Positions 1-10,500 of a stretch of 64,000 bases of DNA are shown one piece after another. The stretch's first letter is position 1. The number at the start of each line of letters is the position of its first letter. Source of the stretch: Mantamonas sphyraenae STR306 (lineage: Eukaryota > Protista > CRuMs); assembly GCA_026936335.1 (NCBI GenBank), contig JAPMXV010000075.1:1-64000 (forward strand), read 5' to 3'. A program made the position numbers and the translations under genes. The notes under the pieces were generated by a model. That model ran no database searches. It had not been told where the DNA came from and saw only the letters and a program-made list of their open reading frames with translations.

Positions 1-167
1 CCTAACCCTAACCCTAACCCTAACCCTAACCCTAACCCTAACCCTAACCCTAACCCTAACCCTAACCCTAACCCTAACCCTAACCCTAACCCTAACCCTA
101 ACCCTAACCCTAACCCTAACCCTAACCCTAACCCTAACCCTAACCCTAACCCTAACCCTAACCCTAA
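1..167. repeat. Telomeric repeat array (CCCTAA)n = TTAGGG type, left chromosome end
   Basis: About 28 perfect CCCTAA hexamers from base 1, C-rich strand on +, ending abruptly at 167. Confidence 0.98.
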
Positions 168-436
168 GGTGTGTCCATATCCCGTGTATGTGATGATTCC
201 GGTCTACGTCATGTGAGTTGTGCTTGTGTCTGCTGGCGGGGTGGCTGAGTTGGGAGTTGACATGGGGCAGTGGGCAATGGGTGGGAGTGGAAATGTCGCT
301 GGTGAGTGGCCTGTGTCTTGCAACGCCGCGCAGTCAACACTGCCCATCCGCCTTCAACCAAAGTATCACCAACAGCCACAACACCCTCCACAAGTCCAAC
401 ACAATCCACATACACTCCAGTACCACCACCACCACC

Positions 437-3400
437 ATGGACAAAGACTACTCAAGCACTCCGGAGCAACAACACACACCCAACATCTACCCAGCGTGCG
501 TTCTGCCTTCCACTCCGTTTTCTGACTGCCCGCTCCTCCCGCTTCCTTGCCTCCTCCATGCCTCCGTTGCGTCCCTGCACTCCTCCCCTGCATCTCCACT
601 ACCCCATCACCACCGTTGCTGCCTTCTCCGCTCTTCTCCGATCCCATCTCCCCTGTCACTGCCCTCCCCGTGGCCACTTTTCCGCGTCTGCCAATCTCCT
701 CCGTTTTTCCCTCCCTGCTCGTTCCAGCCTCCCTTCACCCCCGCTTCTGCTCTGACGGCGTCCGTTCCGCCTTCCGCTCACCGTTCCCACTCCGCCCTGC
801 CCCTCCGCGTCTCCCCACAGCTACGGGTATATGGTCCCTCCAATGGCTGCCCAGCCGTTTCCGAACGTGCTGCCCGTCTCTGGCGTACAAAACCCGTACC
901 AGCACCCACAACCACCCATCATCTGGGTCCCTGTCAACACCCACCCCCAGCAGCACCACGCATATGCTCATCAGGGCCACCCATACTACGCCTACCCTCC
1001 TCCGCCGCCTCCTCAGCCGCGACAAACCGCCCAGATGCGCTTCGCTCAGCCTCCGTCCCACCCTCCCCCTGCTCAACTCACCACAAACCACAATCGCGTC
1101 CCGAAACGCGTCAGCCCTGCCTTTGTGGGCATCACACGGACTACATCTACCACCACAACGTCCTCCTCCTCCCACCAGGCCACACGGCAGACCGGAGACA
1201 GCGACGACGACGACGCAGACCAAGACACACACACACATGACACTGGCGACGTGGAGGACCTGATGTTCCTGAACTTTGGCCACCGTGAACCACGGTCAGT
1301 CCCCAGCAACTCAGAGTGGATGGCCAGCTCATGGATGGAGGCGTCCGAAGAAGACGACGAGGCAAACGACGCAACCCAGCAGCACGTGGACGACGAGTTG
1401 GACACTCAGGGCCCACTCAGCTTTGCAGACACTGGTGATGCCATGGATGAGGAGTACATGCCGCAAGACGACAGCGACGACAACACAGACGACATGGAAC
1501 AGGAGGACACGGACGAGTGGCAGCCGAGGCGCACAAGTAGAGGCCGCACACGACGAGGATACCACGCCAGTCGACTCACTGGTTCACACTCGATGGAAGG
1601 CAGCGGGCAGCGCAGGCTCAGGGTCACGGCTGGCAGTGGCAAAGAGGCAGGAACGTCGAGCACACTGGCAAGGAGGGCCAAGAACGGGGACAACGGCGCA
1701 CTTAAGAACGCAGGGGTGTACAAGAGGAACAAGTTGCCAGATGTTGTTGCGCGCAAAGGGTGGTCGCAGAACTGGCGCAGTGAAGAGCGCAGCCACAGCA
1801 ACAAGAAGGAGCACACGGCACTGCTGAAGCACATGCACACTATTGCTAACGAGCATCCCATCGACGTCATCCCCGACCTCATGACCCTGCAGGCCCGTGT
1901 TTTGGTCTGCCATGGCACACTGAACACGCTGGTCCGACAGATTCAGCTCGCTCTGGGCAACATTCCCCTCTCCCAGGGCGACATGGCACTCTGCCTCACC
2001 CTTCTCGGCCGTGACATGGATCCACATGCGTGCAGCAATGCCATCCACGACGCCGGTCTGGCCATGGGTGTGACAGAGGCTGGGTTGAAGGTGTGCTGGC
2101 TGGAGGAACCACACGACCACGGCGACACCAACTACGCCCTCCTCCACCTGCTCATGGCAGAGATGGACACCCTTGGCAACAGGCCCCATCCCACCACCTG
2201 GAAGGAGCACAAGCAGACCCAGCTGTGGCTGCAGAAAGCACGACGCCCCGCTGACAACGACAGCGACCCACACTGGACACAATGCGACTACGACCACCAC
2301 CTCACCACCACCAACGTGGACAAGTGGCATCCTGTGTCTGTGCGCAGTGGCTGGAGCTCATCCTCAGACGAGCGTGGCAGCTGCACAGCGCGGGAGTTCC
2401 AGACGCTGCTGGCACACATGAAGGCACGCGCAGCCAAGAACCCTCGCCATCAGCACACACACGAGCACCAGGCACTGCGTGAGCTGATCAACAACGGCAG
2501 CATGAATTCCCTGGTGCGACACATCATCCTGGCACTGGGCAACGTTGGCGTGCCGCCTGTCGACCTGGCTTTCTTTGTCCGTCTTCTGAGGCCACACCTC
2601 ACCTACAAGCAGGTTCGCGTTGCCATCAAGGACAACCTCACCTGCGGTGCCACCTCCCTCTCCCTCAAGATCGCCTGGCTCGATACCCCCCAACCTAGCG
2701 ACGCCACACTGCACACCCTCCTGCACACCCTCATCGACCGCATCACACCCCACATCACCACCCGCCCCACCACCACTGACGCCGTCAATGCCCTCGACAT
2801 CCCCGAGCTTGTTCTCCCCGAGCCCACAGGGGAAGAGATGATGGCCACGGAGGATGGATTGCCAGATGGCGTTGTGCGCAGTGGCTGGACGCAGTGGCGC
2901 AAGAGCGAGCGCAGCCACAGCAACAAGAAGGAACACACGGCACTGCTGAACCACATGCACGCTCTGGCCAATGAGCATCCCGTCGACGACATCCCCGACC
3001 TCACGACCCTGCAGGCGCGTGTTGTGGTCTGCCATGGCACCGTGACCACGCTGGTCCGACAGATTCAGCTCTCTCTGGGCAACATCCCCCTCTCCCAGGG
3101 CGACATGGCCTTCTGTCTCACCCTCCTCGGCCGTGATATGGATCAACATGCGTGCAGCCTTGCCATCCGACACGCTTGTCTGGCCATGGGTGTGACAAAG
3201 GCTGGGTTGAAGGTGTGCTGGCTGGAGGAGCCACACGACCACGGCGACCCCAACTACGCCCTCCTCCACCTGCTCATGGCAGAGATGGACACTCTCGGCG
3301 ACAGACCCCATCCCACCACCTGGAAGGAGCACAAGCAGACCCAGCTGTGGCTGCAGGAAGCACGACGCCGTGCTGACAACGACAGCGACCCACACTGGAC

Positions 3401-4040
3401 GCAATGCGACTACGACCACCACCTTACCACCACCGAGGTGGACAAGTGGCTTCCAGAGTCTGTGCGCAGTGGCTGGAGCAGTGCCAATCACGGCGACGAG
3501 CGTGGCAGCTGCACGACGCGGGAGTTCCAGACGCTGCTGGCACACATGAAGGCACGCGCAGCCAAGTGCCCTCGCCATCGGCATGCAAATGAGCACCATG
3601 CACTGCGTGAGCTGATCAACAACGGCGATCTGCTGTCCCTGCTGCGACACATCATCCTGGCGCTGGGCAACGTTGGCGTGCCGCCTGTCGACCTGGCCTT
3701 CTTTGTTCGCCTCCTCAGGCCACGACTCACCTACAGGAAGGTGCAAGGTGCCATCAGCCACACCCTCACCCGCGGTGTCACCTCCCTCTCCCTCAAGATC
3801 GCCTGGCTTGACAACCCCAATCCCAACGACGCCACACTGCACACCCTGCTCCACACCCTCATCGACCGCATCACACCCCACACCACCACCCGTCCGACCA
3901 CCTCCGCACTCGTCAACGCCTACCCCATTCCCCCCTTCACCCTCCCCAAGCGCAAAGACCCTTCCTCCTCCTCCTCCTCCTCCTCCTCCTCATCATCATC
4001 ATCATCATCCTCCTCCTCCAAACGCCAACGCCTCGAATGA
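437..4040 (+). CDS. Subtelomeric protein with 4 copies (A-B-A-B) of an uncharacterised ~140-aa winged-helix-like domain and a C-terminal NLS-like motif
   Basis: ORF 831-4040. Predicted first exon 437-495 joins in frame through a GTGCGT...CCCCACAG intron (496-820; GC|C TAC GGG TAT ATG). Low-complexity P/Q and acidic N-terminus, two near-identical ~375-aa two-domain blocks, ends in poly-Ser KRQRLE. Confidence 0.8.
1735..3920 (+). repeat. Intragenic tandem duplication, period ~1122-1128 bp
   Basis: GAGCGCAGCCACAGCAACAAGAAGGA at ~1785 and ~2907; GACGAGCGTGGCAGCTGCAC at ~2367 and ~3495. Confidence 0.9.
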
Positions 4041-4512
4041 ACCCTTTAATCTAACCTCCGGGATCTCGACATCATGTTGCCTGCACACGCTTCCATCCAA
4101 ACGCACCCAATGCCAATCCAAACTCGTGCCAGCGCGCCACCGCACGGAATACAACATCCTGACAGCGTACGTCCCTGCAAATCCGCATACTATGTCCCCA
4201 CACCCGTTTATACCGTTTCAGCCGCCCCATTGGTTCATGCATACCAACACGTCAGCACCCACCGCCATTCTGCATTCACCCGTTTGTCCATGCAACTTGG
4301 TAACTGCATCCGTGCCACTCACACCCCGCATCTACCACCTGCAGCACAGGGATGCACAGTTCGCGTGTTGCACCTGCCGGTACACGAGCGAATCCCTCTG
4401 CAAGGTACGCCCCTCCAGCTCCTGGCGCATGTGTCCCAGGGACCCCATATTCCCCTCGCTGACACGTCAACCCGCACAACAATGCACGCACTCACCCTTC
4501 ACCAGTGCGTCC

Positions 4513-7500
4513 ATGGACCTAGAAACCCCTGTCAACACCTCTCGGCGTGCTGCACGTCGACGACCTACCTCATCTAGTGGTGGTACGGGTCTTTGGAAAC
4601 CAACCACCTCCGATTTTCCAGCTGACGGCGATGACACCCGCACAACACGCTCAGTTGCTTATGCCGACGAGCACCATGCCATCACAAACCTCGTGCACGC
4701 ACTGGCCGAGAGCAACCCCCTCCCAACTCTCTCAGAGGACCAGCTGCACCGCGCAAAGCTTGCGTCATCGCCCACGGGCATGCACAACACCATCAAACGG
4801 GTCCTGCTGGCCCTGGGCAATCCGCCCCTCCCTGCCTTCCACATTTGCCTGTTCGCCTGCCTCGTGACACCTGACTACGATCCACAGGCAGTCAACACAG
4901 CGCTCGGCTCCTTCGCTCACAGCCTTCACTACGGCGTCTCAGACTCCGGTCTGCGTCTGATGTGGCTGAAAGAAAACCACACTGACGACGACGAAGAAGA
5001 GGACCCCGTTGCCTATTCGTACATCCTTCACCTGTTGGACAGCAGCTTGCAGGACCTCTCCGAGCAGCCACAGGAAATCGACGACATCAAACGCCTCCTC
5101 TCAACCCGTAGCAACTGGGCCCCAGCCATCTCCACCGAGGGCTCGTGGCCTCGCTACTCCGGACGCAACCACTGTGATCAAGCAGAGTACGTCGAACTCG
5201 TCGCATACGTGCACGACCTGGCTGACAAACATCGGGGCACCGACATCGACGACGCTGTACCGGCCAATCTGTCCGTTCGCTCGCTTTTGCGCCACGTCTT
5301 TGTAGCTGTCGGCAACGTGCCTCTCCCTCCGTTCGAGGCTGCCCTGTTTGCGTGCATCATCCAACCCGACGTCGAACCCCAGCAGTGCCGCAACCGACTG
5401 AGTGACATGCTCGTCAGGGGCGTCACCGACACAGATCTCAAGGTTGGATACCTGTCGTGGGAGCACGTGTCATCTACGCCTTTCATTCCAGCCATCCTGA
5501 AGGAGTTGGACGACCGCCTGACCTCGTCGACCTCGCCGCCGACGACGCTGGAGGAAATCAGTGACATGGTCAGCTCCACATCCGTCACGCCAGACAATCC
5601 AAGCTCTGATATGGTCATAGAGGACACAGTCGGCGTCGCTGCGGCTCCGTGGCTCCTCTCGCCACCACCGGAGTCTGGATGGCCCAAGAAGGGGCCTCGC
5701 GAACACTGCAATCCGGACGAGTACCGCAGTCTATGCGCGCACATTCAGCGTATTGCTTCAGCACAGCAACCCACCTACGCCGACTACGAGGCGCTTGCCG
5801 ACGATATCCCGAACCATGGCGCCCTTGGACTGATGCGCCTGGTGTTTGTCGCGCTCAACTTCACGCCCCTTCCTCCCTTGGAGCTCTCTTTATTTGTGCG
5901 CATGCTCAATCCGGCATACACGACGCAGCGTATCCGCAAGTCAGCCGTCATCGGCGTCCACGGAGTTTTCAAAAACCATCTCAAGCTCGCCTGGGCTGTG
6001 CCAAAGGACGAAGACACATTCTACCCGGCCATTGTCCATCGCATCGCACACTGCCTCTCCATGATCGAAGATCAAATCGTCACCTTTGAAGATGCAGACA
6101 GTGCAGTGTTTGGGCATCTCACCGACTCGGCCGCAGAAATTCACGCTGAAATATCCACGTCTCCGAGTACCATGCCGACATGGCCTCCGAAGCACACACC
6201 GGCCTTTTCGAGGAGCCTGCGCAAGGCTGCCAACGAGTCTGAACTGCAGGCGCTCACAGCCCACATCCGTCGCATCACCATCGACCACCCAGTCACCTGG
6301 AATGAGCTTCGATTCCTTTTCCACATGTTCGACGGCAGCACGGTGCACGACGTTGTCGCTGCCATCTTTGTCTCCCTGGAAAACGTGCCGCTGCCGCACG
6401 GCACCCTGGAGCACTTTGTACAGATTCTGGGCCCGGAGTTCAACCCGACCACTTTTCGCAATTTCATCACTGGCAACCTCATACAACATGCCACCGACGA
6501 CGGCCTCCTGCTCTACACCTACCCTGCCGCCGCCGACGAAGCAGAGTTTTCACCAGGCATCGCCCACACGCTCCTCCGGCGCCTTTCGGTTGCCCCGTCG
6601 TCCTCTGCGGAAACGACCGATGACAGGGACGACTCGGTGGTACGGGTCGACGACAGTGACGACGGCATGGACATCCAAGACAGCCCAACGGCCTCCACAG
6701 CCATCTGGCCGCCCACCGTGTTCGACATGGGCATCTACTCTCCAAGGAAAATGCGAAGCAAGGTCACCCCGGGCGAGTTTGCTGCCCTCAAATCATACAT
6801 CCGCGGCATCACCCTCGCCCACCCTGTGTCACAAGCGCAGCTCGACGAGCTCCCTGACATGGCTGAAGGCAGTATGGTCGAAGAAATCGTTGCCGCCATC
6901 TACGTGGCGCTGGACAACACGCCGCTCCCTCTCTTTGAGCTTGCCCGCTTTGTCCACATCCTCGACCCCACCGTCCGACCCACTGATATGTCCATCATCT
7001 CCAAGCAAGCGCTGAAACCAGTGCGCACACTCGACAACCTGCGCCTGTTTACGATGCCGGATGCACACATGCACGCTGACGGTATCCCTGCGATCGCACA
7101 CTACCTGCTGGCGCATTTAGAGCGTGTGGATAGACCGTGCGCGTCACTGGACTCTGCCAACGCCCACACAACTGCCTCGGCTACGTCCAGCTCAACCTCC
7201 TCCTCATCCTCCTCATCCTCCTCCTCAACTACCATTACTACCACTACCACCACCTCCACCTCCTCCTCCTCTTCCTCAGTCCCTCCAACGTGGCCTCCCG
7301 AGCACCAGCCATTCTCGAAGAGGACGGGTATCCTAACCTTGCGCAAGGCTGCCAACGACGCAGAACTGCAGGCAATCACAGCCCACATCCGCCGCATCAC
7401 CATTGCCCACCCGGTGACCCAAGAGCAACTGGACGACCTGCCCGATTTGATCGACGGTTGCACGTTGCGAATCGTGGTTGCCGCCATCTTTGTCGCCCTG

Positions 7501-10500
7501 GACAACATCCCGCTCTCCAGCCGAGAACTGCAGCAGTTTGTGCACGTGCTTGCCCCCATCTTCAAACCGAAAACAGTGCAGCGCTTTGCGAGTGACTATT
7601 TGCGGGGCACCGCCACCGACGACGGCCTCCTGCTCTACTCGTTCCCGACCGCCAAACAGGAAGCAGACTTCTACCCGAGCATCGCGCACACACTCCTCAA
7701 GCACCTCTCACGACACGTGCCCACTGTAAAAGACGAGATGGATGCCCAGCGATCCGCGCCCAACCCACCCGCGTGGCCACCCGCGCTCACCGACCTGTTC
7801 AACCGCGCTTCAAACGCACGGACCGCCGTTGCCGACGCTGAGTTTGCCGCACTCACAGACCACATCCGCCGCATCACCCTCGCCCATCCTGTGTCACAAG
7901 CGCAGCTCGACGAGCTCCCGGGCATGGTCGATGGGACCATCGTCCACGACATTGTTGCCGCCATCTACGTGGCCCTGGACTACACGCCGCTCCCTCTCTT
8001 TGAGCTTGCCCGCTTTGTCCACATGCTCGACCCCACCGTCCGACCCACGGATCTGTCCAACTTTTCCAAACAACATCTGCAGCGGGTGAGCACGATCGAC
8101 AACCTGCGTCTGTACACGATGCCGGACGCCCACAAGCACGCAGACTTCATTCCAGCGATTGCGCACCACCTGCTGGCACGGCTGGCGCACGTGGATGGAC
8201 CGTGCACCAAGCTGGCCTCTGCCGCCGCCACTCCGTCCACACAGCCGATCACAAACACACCAGGCGCATCTGCCTACTGGCCTCCAAACCACTCGCCCCT
8301 CGATGCCCAAGGTGATTCCGTGTCCCTGCGCTCCGCCGTCACTCCGGACGAGCTCAAGTCCCTGTTGGACCACGTGCGTCACGTGGCCAAAGCACACCCT
8401 GTTTCAGCAGCCGATTTCAGCGAGCTCCCCGACCTGGTTTACGGCAGTGATTTGCAAGAGGTCGCTTTGGCCATCAGTCTGGCCCTTGGCAACGTTCCTC
8501 TGCCGTTGATTGAGCACATCCGCTTTGTTTGCATGATCTGTCCTCAAACGAACTCCCAGTACATGTCCTACTTCATCAAGCACGAGTTTGACGCCTTTGT
8601 CACCGACGACAACTTGGTGCTGTACCATCCGCCCAACGACGCGGCGACAGAGGTGCATTACACGCCTGCCATTGCCCATCACATCCTGGCACATCTGCAG
8701 CACGTGGATGGACCCGCCACCGTGGTGGCCCGCCTCTCGCAGCTGCAGTTTCCTACCCCAGCCCAGCCCGACCTCCGCGCAGCGCCTTCATCATCATCAC
8801 CATCCTCCTCCTCCTCCTCCTCCTCCTCCTCCTCCTCCACCACCACCACCACCTCCTCTTCACATCCCCTGACTTGGCCACCGACCCTACATCCAAACAA
8901 CCCAAACACTGCGGTGAGAAACCCCCGCATGTCGGCCAACACTGCTGAGTTTGCCGCACTCACAGACCACATCCGACGCATCACCCTCGCCCATCCCGTG
9001 TCCCAAGAGCAGCTCGACGAGCTCCCGGGCATGGTCGACGGCACGATGGTCTACGACATTGTTGCCGCCATCTACGTGGCCCTGGACAACACGCCGCTCC
9101 CTCTCTTTGAGCTCGCCCGTTTTGTCCACATGCTCGACCCCACCGTCCCGCCCGCTGATCTGTCCAACTTTTCCAAACAGTACCTGAAACGTGTGACCTC
9201 CACCGACGGCCTGCGCCTGTACACGATGCCCGGCGCCCACAGGCACGTTGCTTTCACCCCTGCAATCGCACACCACCTGCTGGCGCATCTGGAGCACGTG
9301 GATGGTCCGTGCACCACTCTGGCATCCGCCAGCACCCACGACGTTGTCACACCCACCGCCACCATCACCACCCCCGTCTGGTCTCCCACGATCACAGAGA
9401 CAACCGATACCCTGAACGATATCAGGCACGCACGAGTGCTCCTCACCGCCGAGGAGCGAGAGCAGGTCGCCGCCCTCATCGACTCGATGGCCAATGCCAA
9501 TGTGCCCACCCACGCAGACTACCTGAACTACAACGACCTCTGCGCAAACACAGACCATGCTGTGATCCACCAGAGCGTCTTCAACGCTGTCAACAACACT
9601 CCCCTGCCGGATCGCTACCACTTGTTCTTCTGCTTGACCATCAACTCCACCATCCGTCCGAAGCAGCTGGTCAACCACATGAAGACGCACTGCCGCTTTG
9701 GATGGACCGACTCCGGCATTGGCGTCGCTATGCCTCGAACCTCTAGCCGCGACCACTTCAACCCGGTTGTCGCCTATCGCCTTCGAGACGTGCTCGCCTC
9801 TACAACGCCGCCCGAATCCCGCGCAAGGGAGACCCTGCAGGCGCTCGACTTGCATCGGCTGCCGCCACATCCTGCGCCTAGCACACACCCTGTGCGCGAG
9901 GACGATACCACCCACCTGGCGGTGTGGACTCCCGTGATGGCATCCACGAAACCCACCGCGCCACGCTTCACCCTCACCAGCCTCGAACGCACCCAAGTCA
10001 GAAACTACATTGACCGCGTCGCCGCCACCATGCGCAACCCCACGGACGAGGACTACGAGCTGTACGCATCCATCAAGATCGCACGTGTTGCGTTCGACAC
10101 CATTTTCGGCTCGCTGGGCAACCTGCCGACCCTGGTCGTCATCCTTTTTGCCTCGTTCTTCCTCCAAAGAGCGCCAACTTCCCTCAAGAACTTGATGGAG
10201 ACCTATGTCAACCTCTCCTACACTGCGAGTGCCCTCCAGGTGGCCTCTCTGAAAAGGCCCAAACCAGAATGCTTCAACCCAGTCGTTGTTCAGCGCATCA
10301 AAGACTGCCTCGACGTCCTCTCCGAATGGCCTCGGGGCTTGTCCGACGTGGAAAGGGTGATGAACGAGCACCGTGCCATCTTGCCCACGCCGCCCCAACC
10401 GAACCAACGAGGATCCGCTCAACAGCTCTGGTCGCCCACAATTCACAAGCAGGGATGGCGTGGGGCCGAGCGCTACTGTACTCCGAATGAGTACAAAGTT

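Noticed and set aside
3673-4512. N-terminal 280 aa of the 3213-aa ORF overlapping the upstream gene
   Set aside because: Non-ATG start, and it is an alternative-frame reading of gene 1's end plus intergenic DNA. The repeat protein plausibly begins at ATG 4513.
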